Virus record (IMG/VR): IMGVR_UViG_3300033977_000108
Coordinates: 140,634 to 204,633 of that record
Length of the DNA stretch: 64,000 bases
Strand: one strand, 5' to 3'
Shown: in pieces, positions 55,898-63,968 of the stretch
Numbering within the stretch: position 1 is the first letter of the stretch
Layout: each line of letters opens with the position of its first letter
Notes under the pieces: generated by a model
The model's database searches: none
Told to the model about the DNA's origin: nothing
Seen by the model: the letters and a program-made list of their open reading frames with translations, nothing else
Position numbers and translations under genes: made by a program

Positions 55898-57178
55898 TCA
55901 TGCGCCCCCTTTGTTTGGTATCCATGGCGGTACAAACTCTTCTGCCTTTATACCTGTCATTCTGGAAATGAATGACAAGTAGTGCTCTCTAAAGGTAGTT
56001 GCGCTGATATCAAAGGTTGCCCACGCAACAGGCTCAGCGCGCATCATAGCATCGGTTATAGCCCTCCCTACCAGCGGAAGAGGAATGTCTGCCTCCTCAT
56101 AGCTCAGGCAGATTTTGGCGGTGCCGATTAGACTTTCTATTCTATCCAGGTGGGTTACCACTAGACGGTTTATCTTCCCTGCCGCGCGTAGGGCATAGTC
56201 CAGCAGCAGCATGTCCAAATGCCCAACCCTAAACCTGCCCTGCCACTCATTGGTTGTATTATGGGCGTCTTTCAGCATTGTGGCCATGCCCCAGGACTCC
56301 GTTGGGAATGGTCCTGGGCCATGCCTGGTAAGATAGCCCCGAATAATGCCAATATAGTCGGCAGAATCGGCATAGGGGCCGAGCAGCTTGACAGCATTGG
56401 CTACTGTAGTATCAGACCAGCTGCAATAGGGATGGAATCCGTATTTCTCGTCCAGCAGTACGCCTTGGGCACCTTCAAATACAAACGTATCGTCGTGCCT
56501 GTAGCCAGTACAGAGTTTCTCCTTAAACCAGCTCTCGTCTACAATGTTCAGCGTTTTGCCCATCTCAGTATAGACAGCCAGGTCTCTCTTCAAAATGTCG
56601 GCAGCGGTCCACTGCCAATAGGAGTAAGGGCCACTGTCGAATTCGAGCATTTGGTTTCTCTTTACTTCGCTGATTTCGTTTAGCTTGTCTTTCATTACGG
56701 CTGGATGCTGCAAGTCGCCAGCATAGAAAACAGTCCTGCCAAAAAGGAGGTCTGACTTTACTTCGCCGATACCCATACCACAGCTCCCGTGTCTTCCTAC
56801 TTTGCGGCTGTTCTCTCTGGTCCTATTCAGCATCTTATGAAGGGTCGTCGTAATAGGGGCGTTCTTGTCTATATACAGGCGCTTATAGGCATCGGTTACT
56901 CCCAGCTCTTGTAAATGGGCCTCCTCGTTCCGCATAGAGAGAGGGTCTATAACCATGAACTGGGAGAGGTATGTCCCCACGCCTGGGACCAGTGTGCCAC
57001 TGCCAAATTGACTGAAGGTATGGTGCTTACCATCAGCCGTAATCACATTATGCCCTGCTTGGCAGCCTCCGTTGTATCGTATGACGAGGGGTACCTTGCG
57101 CGTGCGGCACAGATAGTCTACATACGCGCCCTTCCCTTCGTCCCCAAATCCTAAGCCTACGACACAAATTGGGTTCAT
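55898..57178 (-). CDS. purA: adenylosuccinate synthetase-like protein (divergent PurA clade)
   Basis: GFGDEGKG, GG.QAGHN, GSCGMGIG, FEGAQG.LLD, TRHGPGPFPTE, RVGHLD, LVVTHLD. Confidence 0.85.
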   Translation of the reverse strand: MNPICVVGLGFGDEGKGAYVDYLCRTRKVPLVIRYNGGCQAGHNVITADGKHHTFSQFGSGTLVPGVGTYLSQFMVIDPLSMRNEEAHLQELGVTDAYKRLYIDKNAPITTTLHKMLNRTRENSRKVGRHGSCGMGIGEVKSDLLFGRTVFYAGDLQHPAVMKDKLNEISEVKRNQMLEFDSGPYSYWQWTAADILKRDLAVYTEMGKTLNIVDESWFKEKLCTGYRHDDTFVFEGAQGVLLDEKYGFHPYCSWSDTTVANAVKLLGPYADSADYIGIIRGYLTRHGPGPFPTESWGMATMLKDAHNTTNEWQGRFRVGHLDMLLLDYALRAAGKINRLVVTHLDRIESLIGTAKICLSYEEADIPLPLVGRAITDAMMRAEPVAWATFDISATTFREHYLSFISRMTGIKAEEFVPPWIPNKGGA

Positions 57179-57193
57179 AGCATTTGATTTGTC

Positions 57194-58156
57194 TTATATC
57201 ACCCTGTCCAGATTCTCGCCTGCGTTAAGAGCCGTGGAATCAATAAAAGTAGAAAGGGAATCTGCCAACATGTTAGTATCAGCATCTTCTACACCAAGTT
57301 CCACCAGTGTTCCTTTTATCTGCGCTTTATTTATCTTGCCCTCCCTGGCGCCTACAACAACGCCTACCATGGAGCAGATGTCTTTGCCGTCGCGCAGGGT
57401 GATAACATGGTCGGCGCCAAATAGTTCTATGCCGCGCTCACGCGATTGTTGTTCGCCGCCGTCAAGAGGCCAGAGCTGATAGACGTCCCATAGCTTCTGG
57501 GCTTTCTTGACAAGGGTTTCTATCTTCTCACTCTTCTCTGTTTGGTCGCCGAACACATCTACAAGCTGGGTGCCCACTGTCCGGTCCGGGAACATCTCGT
57601 CTGCGTACAGGAAGAGCAGACCTTTCTTGTGGCGCTTCTCAAAGCAATCCAAGACAGTCTTGTAGGCGGCGCAATAGAGAGGAAGGTCGTAGGATTCCCT
57701 GTTGTTGCCTCCACCTTTGCCGACCAGTTTGATGTCTCGGAGCCACTCGTCAATGCGATCGTCGGACTCAAAGTCCGATGCTTGGAAAGCCCGGTTGCCT
57801 ACCACCAAATAGTCATCGTTAGCCCAGATGGCAACCTGCGGGTTAGGAATGTGCTTGGCAAGCAAATCCATCAGCTTTGGCAGGGCTTTTTGAGCCACTC
57901 GGGCATTGTTTATGTTGCTGCCCGTGACATCCAAGCAGATGACAATAGCCAGAGATTCAGGATGGTCCTTGCTATCCCTGCTCTCCAGCTTCTTGAATGG
58001 CTTCTTATTGATGCGGCTCGGCAAAAGAGCCTCGTGTATGTCTCGCAAATCGCCGAAGTTGAAGTCTTTATCATGCTGAAAGTCATCAAAGCCTTGGGTA
58101 GCTCGCAGATTTGATTTATAATAAACTACATCACTACTCCATTTTCCGTATCCCAT
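57194..58156 (-). CDS. von Willebrand factor A (vWA) domain protein
   Basis: MGYGKWS...ESRDS.DHPES.AI...LDVTGS (MIDAS-like DxTGS), GGGGN-like KGGGN..ESY, ADE. Confidence 0.75.
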   Translation of the reverse strand: MGYGKWSSDVVYYKSNLRATQGFDDFQHDKDFNFGDLRDIHEALLPSRINKKPFKKLESRDSKDHPESLAIVICLDVTGSNINNARVAQKALPKLMDLLAKHIPNPQVAIWANDDYLVVGNRAFQASDFESDDRIDEWLRDIKLVGKGGGNNRESYDLPLYCAAYKTVLDCFEKRHKKGLLFLYADEMFPDRTVGTQLVDVFGDQTEKSEKIETLVKKAQKLWDVYQLWPLDGGEQQSRERGIELFGADHVITLRDGKDICSMVGVVVGAREGKINKAQIKGTLVELGVEDADTNMLADSLSTFIDSTALNAGENLDRVI

Positions 58157-58203
58157 AATTTGCTCCTCCTTAGAGCGGTTCTTCTACTACTTTCATCATT
58201 GGT

Positions 58204-58593
58204 TTAGTGTCTGTGGTCATGGTGTTCGTCCTCGCCAGCTCCATTGAGGTCCTCTTTCTCGTGGTCTCCCTCAAGTAGAATGTGTGAGGATACAACATAC
58301 ATCATGGATTCTTGTTGCTGGTAGAATCTCCTCGTGAAGGACAGGACAACCTTGGCGGTGTCCTCGTCGGCTATGAATCTCACTGGTATTACCTGCTCCT
58401 TCTGTACTGGCCGGTGTCCCCCTGGCACCCAGCTGCCCCTGGCCGGCCGCATTACGGTCAAGCCCTTGGAGAGGCCTGCTACTTCCCTGTCCCAGGCTTT
58501 ATGGTAGCTTAGGGGCACTTTCTTCCCGTTGTTGTAGTAGGACGGGACAAGTATTTCCCATAGGATTAGGCCGCCGGAAACTTTCATTATCAT
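58204..58593 (-). CDS. conserved phage hypothetical protein
   Basis: WEILVP...H..WD..V...GLT...P..G.W...E..IPVR...FY.Q. Confidence 0.65.
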   Translation of the reverse strand: MIMKVSGGLILWEILVPSYYNNGKKVPLSYHKAWDREVAGLSKGLTVMRPARGSWVPGGHRPVQKEQVIPVRFIADEDTAKVVLSFTRRFYQQQESMMYVVSSHILLEGDHEKEDLNGAGEDEHHDHRH

Positions 58594-59186
58594 CCCAGCA
58601 CCTCGTCAATAAGCCCGAATTCCTTGGCTTCCTTGGGACCCAGCCAGCGTTCCCGGCGCCGAAAGAATTCAAGCACCTCTCCCTTTGACTTTCCGGTGCG
58701 GCTGGCCAATATGTCTATCACCAGTTCCTGTAATGTCTTCATCTCGGCCGTGGTATCCTCAAGGTCGGATTCCTTTTGCTGCTCCATTATCGTCCATTTG
58801 CTCAATTCATGCAGGTGTAGGCGAGAATGCTTGCACGCCTGCCGCCAAGTACAGCCCTGCAACACAATCATGGCCGCGGCGGAGGCAGCAAAGCCTTCTA
58901 CTATGCCCTTGACTTCGGTGAGGTTAGCTACCTCTCGGATTAGGTCGTACATGGCAAGACTATGATGGACGCCGCCGCCCGGACTGGAAATATGTATCTG
59001 GATTGGTGCTATCCCCAGGCCATGCACCAGGTTAAGGCTGCGGCTTATTTCTAATAGAACACATTCGTCTATGTCGTCATATAGTCTGATATGACCATTG
59101 GTAATGTCATTGGCAGCAGCCAGGTCATAGATGTCCCGATAGATCAGGTCCTTAGCCGCCTTACGCAGGTCTTCAATGTTCATCAT
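58590..59186 (-). CDS. clpP: ClpP-like serine protease
   Basis: ISSPGG, AASAA (catalytic Ser), LHLHE (His), RERWLGPKEAKEFGLIDEV; start refined past the tRNA. Confidence 0.88.
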   Translation of the reverse strand: MMNIEDLRKAAKDLIYRDIYDLAAANDITNGHIRLYDDIDECVLLEISRSLNLVHGLGIAPIQIHISSPGGGVHHSLAMYDLIREVANLTEVKGIVEGFAASAAAMIVLQGCTWRQACKHSRLHLHELSKWTIMEQQKESDLEDTTAEMKTLQELVIDILASRTGKSKGEVLEFFRRRERWLGPKEAKEFGLIDEVLG

Positions 59187-59197
59187 TCTCCTTAGAT

Positions 59198-59274
59198 TGG
59201 TCGGGGCGCCCAGACTTGAACCGGGGACCTCTTGCGCCCAAGGCAAGCGCGCTACCAGGCTGCGCCACGCCCCG
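59198..59274 (-). tRNA. tRNA-Pro(TGG)
   Basis: CGGGGCG..GCGCAGCCTGGTAGCGC..CTTGC CTTGGGC GCAAG..CCCGG TTCAAGT CTGGG CGCCCCG ACCA; canonical with encoded CCA. Confidence 0.97.
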
Positions 59275-59285
59275 TCCAGCATTCT

Positions 59286-59294
59286 ATTATAGCA
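59286..59294 (-). promoter_or_regulatory. extended -10 promoter for tRNA-Pro/clpP
   Basis: TGCTATAAT 11 nt upstream of the tRNA 5' end, overlapping a stop codon. Confidence 0.55.
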
Positions 59295-59580
59295 CCCTCT
59301 CCGCCGACAGGCGGGCAGGACTGTTGTCTTCTGGTATCTCCGGAGCAGACGCCTCAGCCAGGGATGCCTCTGTAACTCGGGTAGGTATGTTGACTATGTA
59401 CCAGCCTGTTTCCAGGTAGATAGGCAGATGGTTTTCGCAGGCATAAACGCTTACCCGATATTTGCTGAAAGCTACCCAGGTAAGTTTGCCTTTATGTTCC
59501 TTCGTCTCCCAGTCGCATACACACCGGTCCTCCTTGGGCTTCTGTATTATCTCTGCCGTATCTACTGCTGGCAGTGCCAT
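59287..59580 (-). CDS. small Zn-binding hypothetical protein
   Basis: CVC...CENH. Confidence 0.55.
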   Translation of the reverse strand: MALPAVDTAEIIQKPKEDRCVCDWETKEHKGKLTWVAFSKYRVSVYACENHLPIYLETGWYIVNIPTRVTEASLAEASAPEIPEDNSPARLSAERVL

Positions 59581-59582
59581 AG

Positions 59583-59795
59583 TTAGACCTCGGTGTCAAG
59601 GTACTTATCGTAAATCCAGCCGATAAAATCAGCGTACAGGATATCCATTCCCTGATAATTATCAGGGTCTGAGGCATCCAGATTGAGGTTCTTACACCGT
59701 TCGCTGCCCAAGTACTCACCAACCAGCAGCGTAAGTGCAGCGCCCTTGTCAATCCGTGTAGTCTTATCTGCCTCGGCGGTTTTTCCCATGGTCAT
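59583..59795 (-). CDS. small hypothetical protein (paralog of 61383-61604)
   Basis: EYLG.E.CK...LY.D...IY. Confidence 0.55.
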   Translation of the reverse strand: MTMGKTAEADKTTRIDKGAALTLLVGEYLGSERCKNLNLDASDPDNYQGMDILYADFIGWIYDKYLDTEV

Positions 59796-60017
59796 CTCCT
59801 TTCCTGATTAGCATTTTTCTTGTCGTTCTCTCCGTCTCCTGCAGTCTTCGCTCCAGGTCGCTCGATGGATGCCTTCGCCTTCTTCCTTGCTCGGTGCTTT
59901 GCAATGTAGTGATGGGCAACGTTGATCCCAATAGTTACTACCGTACCTCCGGCTATGCTCCAGGCCGTCGTTTTCCAGGTAGGCTGCGGGGTAGCTGCCA
60001 AGGCTATGGCAAGCATG
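59792..60017 (-). CDS. putative membrane protein
   Basis: Hydrophobic segment AWSIAGGTVVTIGINVA followed by a basic tail; start uncertain. Confidence 0.45.
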
Positions 60018-60647
60018 CTACTTGCCAACCACGGCTGCCCGTTGCGCACGTTTCTCCTTCCGATAAATAGCCCTACACATCTTCATGGAGGGCTCGATCA
60101 AATAGAAGTTGTCCCAGTTGCACACATCAATACACAGGAAGTTGCTCCAGTGCTCCAGGATCTTCTCCCATACCCGCCTGCGCTCTGCCCATTCCCTGGG
60201 CGAGGCTTTCGGGTCCGGATCAGTATTGTTCCAGTACCCATAGTACCGGAGCTTTGGGTGCCGCTTCAAGAAGCCGAACACTTTCTCAATCACAGGGTAT
60301 TCCCCATATGGAATGATATAATATCTGGATCCTAGCCTCCGGATGGCAAGGGAGGCGCTGAAATCGAAGGAGTTGCGATCGAACTTACCCAGCTGCGCTT
60401 TGTATTGCTCGCGTGCGTAATTGTGCGCCAAGTGCATGCGAATACGCTCGTCGCTGATGCCTGGGTCGGACTTTCGGTACCTCTCTACCTCCTTGGGATC
60501 CATCTTCACATGGGGCATAATGCTCCGGTACACATCCTCCAGGTATTTAGACATCTCCCCCCGGGCCTTCAGCTTCAGCTCGTAAGCCAGGGCGAAGATA
60601 TCATGTACGTGCTGCGTTCGATAGGCAGTGTAAATCTTAGTGCTCAT
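60018..60647 (-). CDS. hypothetical protein
   Basis: MSTKIY...Y.Y.NNTD.D...EW..RRRVW phage-type pattern. Confidence 0.65.
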   Translation of the reverse strand: MSTKIYTAYRTQHVHDIFALAYELKLKARGEMSKYLEDVYRSIMPHVKMDPKEVERYRKSDPGISDERIRMHLAHNYAREQYKAQLGKFDRNSFDFSASLAIRRLGSRYYIIPYGEYPVIEKVFGFLKRHPKLRYYGYWNNTDPDPKASPREWAERRRVWEKILEHWSNFLCIDVCNWDNFYLIEPSMKMCRAIYRKEKRAQRAAVVGK

Positions 60648-61376
60648 TCAGTTATTCCTCCCCGCGGCCCAGAGCCATGTGTAGGCAACCCGGCACTTGC
60701 CGTGGGCGCCGACTTCGAATACCCTAACTCCTTCTGCACTAACAGCAACCAGCTCGGAGGGGATATCCGTCCAGCAGCCTACATTGTAATATACACCATC
60801 TTTGTGGGCGTGATACATGTGTGTATGCCCACACAGAATGCTGTCTTTGCCCTTTTCCTTGCAATAGGCGAGGGCACCATCCATCACTTCCTTGTCCAGT
60901 TTCAGCCACTTCTTGCTGACGCGCTTGATAAACCGGCTTGGCCGATGGGCTTTCGTATCCAGCAGCTGTAATGTATAGTAGATGGCGCATGCCATGTTGG
61001 TGGTATGTAGGTGCTTCTTGATGAAGCTGTCGAATTGGTGGCCGTGCAGGGCGATGTACTTCTTGCCGCCAATCTCCCATTCGAACTCGTCCACCAACTC
61101 AATGCCTAACAGATGGGCCACCACTTCTGCCACCTCGTCATCGTCGTGATTGCCTATCGTCCATACTACCCTCTTGTGGCCGGCTACCTTTCCTAAGTAG
61201 GACAGCAGCTTCCAATCATCCTTGCGCAGCCTGGTCGGGTGGTCGTCGAATAGGTCCCCAACAATAAGCAGGGTTTCATACTCCCATTCATGCAGGACTT
61301 CTACCAGCACCTTCGCCCGGTTGACTGGAGAACCCAGGTGGATGTCAGCTATGCTGAGGGTATGTGTTCTGAACAT
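60648..61376 (-). CDS. calcineurin-like metallophosphoesterase (LpxH-like family)
   Basis: ADIHLG, VGDLFD, GNHD, HGHQFD, CGHTH. Confidence 0.88.
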   Translation of the reverse strand: MFRTHTLSIADIHLGSPVNRAKVLVEVLHEWEYETLLIVGDLFDDHPTRLRKDDWKLLSYLGKVAGHKRVVWTIGNHDDDEVAEVVAHLLGIELVDEFEWEIGGKKYIALHGHQFDSFIKKHLHTTNMACAIYYTLQLLDTKAHRPSRFIKRVSKKWLKLDKEVMDGALAYCKEKGKDSILCGHTHMYHAHKDGVYYNVGCWTDIPSELVAVSAEGVRVFEVGAHGKCRVAYTWLWAAGRNN

Positions 61377-61382
61377 GTTATG

Positions 61383-61604
61383 CTACCAGGGTGTGGGAAT
61401 GAGTTTGTAGGTCCTGTAGATGTAGCAAACAAGGTCGTAGTAGAGGACGGCTTTATCCCCGGTCTTCATGTCAACCGCCTTGCATTGGTCTGTCCCCAAG
61501 TATTCGCTGAACAGTTCTGCCAACAAGATGCCTTTATCTACGGGCGGCGCTGCAGATTGCTCGGTCTCGGTGACGAACCCCGACTCTTTAGCTGTCTTTC
61601 CCAT
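61383..61604 (-). CDS. small hypothetical protein (paralog of 59583-59795)
   Basis: EYLGTDQCK...LYYDL..YIY. Confidence 0.55.
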   Translation of the reverse strand: MGKTAKESGFVTETEQSAAPPVDKGILLAELFSEYLGTDQCKAVDMKTGDKAVLYYDLVCYIYRTYKLIPTPW

Positions 61605-61612
61605 GGTTCCTC

Positions 61613-62062
61613 CTAATCAGTGATCTCAATTAGCGGGCAGATCTTCTTGTGCTTTGCCTTGATCCAGGCCTTTACCAGTGTCAAGAACTTGGAGGGCGGC
61701 TTCTTAGGCTTCGGCAGATCACACCAACGAGCAATCCCAAATGCCATGGTAAATGTTCCCACAATGCACAAAGCTACGCTAGCCGTGACCCCTAGCGCCG
61801 CCCAAAAGGCCCTAGTACCGCTGAATAGCCCAATCGTTGCCAGGAAACTGGCGTACACTAGGAGCCAGCTCACCACCCTACGGGATATGCTGTCCCCTAA
61901 GAAAGCCCATCGTGGGAGGGCCCAGAACAAGACCACTCTCATGTATGGGCATAGGTTGACTACTTTTACATCTTCGGGGCAGCGGTGGTAGCCATTCTTG
62001 GTCTTGCTCTTGAACCAGGCAAGGTATACTTTCCAATGCCAGGATTTCTTACTGATTGTCAT
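61613..62062 (-). CDS. membrane protein (about 2 transmembrane helices)
   Basis: Long hydrophobic stretches flanked by basic residues. Confidence 0.65.
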   Translation of the reverse strand: MTISKKSWHWKVYLAWFKSKTKNGYHRCPEDVKVVNLCPYMRVVLFWALPRWAFLGDSISRRVVSWLLVYASFLATIGLFSGTRAFWAALGVTASVALCIVGTFTMAFGIARWCDLPKPKKPPSKFLTLVKAWIKAKHKKICPLIEITD

Positions 62063-62666
62063 TGGTTCCCTTTCCCCAGTTCCATGCCGGGACTTCAGCC
62101 CTCCTGCCGCTTTCTCCCAGCAGAGCCTCGCGCAATGCCTTTCCGCTTCCAGCTATCTGTAGAATGTGCTTCAGGGCCTCGGCATTGCCCAGCGCATCGT
62201 GAACTGGATTATGGTCGTGCTCGGTAATCCTGAACTTCTTCCATTTGCTGGAGGCATGGAAATCTTGGACAAGGCCAGCATAGAAATCGCCTATCCGTCT
62301 GGCCGAGTGTCCAAATGGATTCCTGCGACAATGGCGCCAGAACCCATCGTTTATCCATTGCCAATCGAAGGCTGGATTGTCGCTGACAAATACAGGCGGG
62401 TCATAATCTCCGTAGTCCCGGCACTGGACAGCCAGCCACTTGTCGAAGGCCAGAAACACGCCGGCAGGGTCAGTGCTGCTTGCCATAACAATAGACGCAT
62501 CGCTGTCTTTTCGCAGGGCAATCCGCTCTTCATCCAGTATCCCATGGAATGTCTGCTTCTGGCCTTTCATGAAGGAGCTAAAGTTTACTACTCCAAATTC
62601 TGTGAGTTTGCCGGTTGCTGGGCACTTGCCGTTGGCCTCGCAATCAACTATAAATAGCGTCGCCAT
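62049..62666 (-). CDS. DEDDh 3'-5' exonuclease (Rv2179c-like exoribonuclease)
   Basis: VDCEANG, DNPAFDWQW, NPFGHS, HNPVHDA. Confidence 0.85.
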   Translation of the reverse strand: MATLFIVDCEANGKCPATGKLTEFGVVNFSSFMKGQKQTFHGILDEERIALRKDSDASIVMASSTDPAGVFLAFDKWLAVQCRDYGDYDPPVFVSDNPAFDWQWINDGFWRHCRRNPFGHSARRIGDFYAGLVQDFHASSKWKKFRITEHDHNPVHDALGNAEALKHILQIAGSGKALREALLGESGRRAEVPAWNWGKGTNDNQ

Positions 62667-63336
62667 GGGTTTCCTCCGTTCCTTCCTCTCTTATCTTTTT
62701 ACACTGCCTGACCGGCTCAAATGTCTTCCGATGTATGTAGCAAGCTCCATAGGTATCCAGTGCTTGCTTGTGGTAAGCAGTGCCGTAGCCTTTGTTTTCC
62801 GTGAATCCGTATTCTGGGAACCTATCGTCCCAGGCTTCCATGTAGTTGTCTCGGTACACCTTTGCCAGTATAGAAGCAGCGGCCACGGAAATAGAACGAG
62901 CATCTCCATGGATTATCGCCCTGTGTGGTACCGAGCAATTGGTTAGCTTTATGGCATCGGTTAGCACATAATCGACTCTTGGCGCCAGGCGCGAGGCACA
63001 AATCTCCATTCCTACTCTCGAAGCTCCGTATGTACCCAGCACGTCTACGCCTTCAGCGGGGCAGTAATGAACCCAGTAGTCGATGGCTTTGTTTCTTATC
63101 TCCTGGCACAGTTCTCGCCTGCGCTTGGGGCTGAGCTTCTTGGAGTCATTTAGTCCCTTTATGGGATTCTTTGGGTCCAATATCACAGCGGCAACCACTA
63201 ATGGTCCAGCCCAGGCGCCTACGCCTACTTCATCGCAGCCGGCTATGTATTTGTAGCCTTTTCTTCGCAGGTTAGCCTCGAAGCGGCCGGTTGGCAAATG
63301 CTGCTTCCTGGCAGATTTTCTATGTTTTTTGATCAT
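62644..63336 (-). CDS. rnhB: ribonuclease HII
   Basis: AGCDEVGVG..AGP, LNDSKKL, TDA, GDARS..AAASILAKV.RD, KGYGT. Confidence 0.93.
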   Translation of the reverse strand: MIKKHRKSARKQHLPTGRFEANLRRKGYKYIAGCDEVGVGAWAGPLVVAAVILDPKNPIKGLNDSKKLSPKRRRELCQEIRNKAIDYWVHYCPAEGVDVLGTYGASRVGMEICASRLAPRVDYVLTDAIKLTNCSVPHRAIIHGDARSISVAAASILAKVYRDNYMEAWDDRFPEYGFTENKGYGTAYHKQALDTYGACYIHRKTFEPVRQCKKIREEGTEETHGDAIYS

Positions 63337-63599
63337 AACGCAAAAATCACCTCGGCTAAAGTTGGTCTTCCTGGCCTTGCGTCCGTAAATTTTGAATCAA
63401 CGAATCCTCGCCTGCGTTTCCGGGAAGTCTACTCCCGAATCCGGGATGCGGCTTTCCTAATAGCTCCAGCAGGGCATCCCTAAGCTTTAGAATACATGCT
63501 GCTTCCCGCATACTGAACGGCTGATCCGCTTGGCCCAAAGACCTGTCTTTCAGACAAGACCATCCATGCCCTTGGGTCAAATCCTTGATTATTTCATCT

Positions 63600-63968
63600 T
63601 TAGCTCGCATCATTCCCTCTCATGTAATCAAGCCAGCGTATGGACAATTCTAACCGGCGGCGCAGCCGTCGGCTTTCCTCTAGCTGCTTCTCCACCTGCT
63701 CTTGTCCAAGGTGCCCTATAACAGCACAGCTATCAGCCCAGCCGGCTGTGTAGGCAAAATACAAGAGTGCATTTCTTAGCAGCGAATCGCCCTTATAAGC
63801 GCCATAGCCATGCCCAGCATAGCTGGCCAGTTCCTTTATAAGGGCTCCTATTTCGCGTGCGCGTTCCTTCTCGGCTATTGATAGCGCCGCTCCGGTTCTC
63901 TTTGTGCACAGCAGCTGTGTAGAGAGCTTGTTTGCCCTCTCGTCGAGCTTCCTCTCTTCTTCCTCCAT
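63600..63968 (-). CDS. hypothetical protein
   Basis: 122-aa ORF at the window end. Confidence 0.5.
   Translation of the reverse strand: MEEEERKLDERANKLSTQLLCTKRTGAALSIAEKERAREIGALIKELASYAGHGYGAYKGDSLLRNALLYFAYTAGWADSCAVIGHLGQEQVEKQLEESRRLRRRLELSIRWLDYMRGNDAS

Noticed and set aside
55898-57178. PurZ / 2-aminoadenine (Z) genome
   Set aside because: The signature reads GDEGKG (PurA Asp), not the Ser found in PurZ, so Z synthesis is not supported
59187-59282. N-terminal extension of ClpP in the ORF track
   Set aside because: It is the tRNA-Pro gene read through; the real start is the ATG after AAGGAG at 59186/59183
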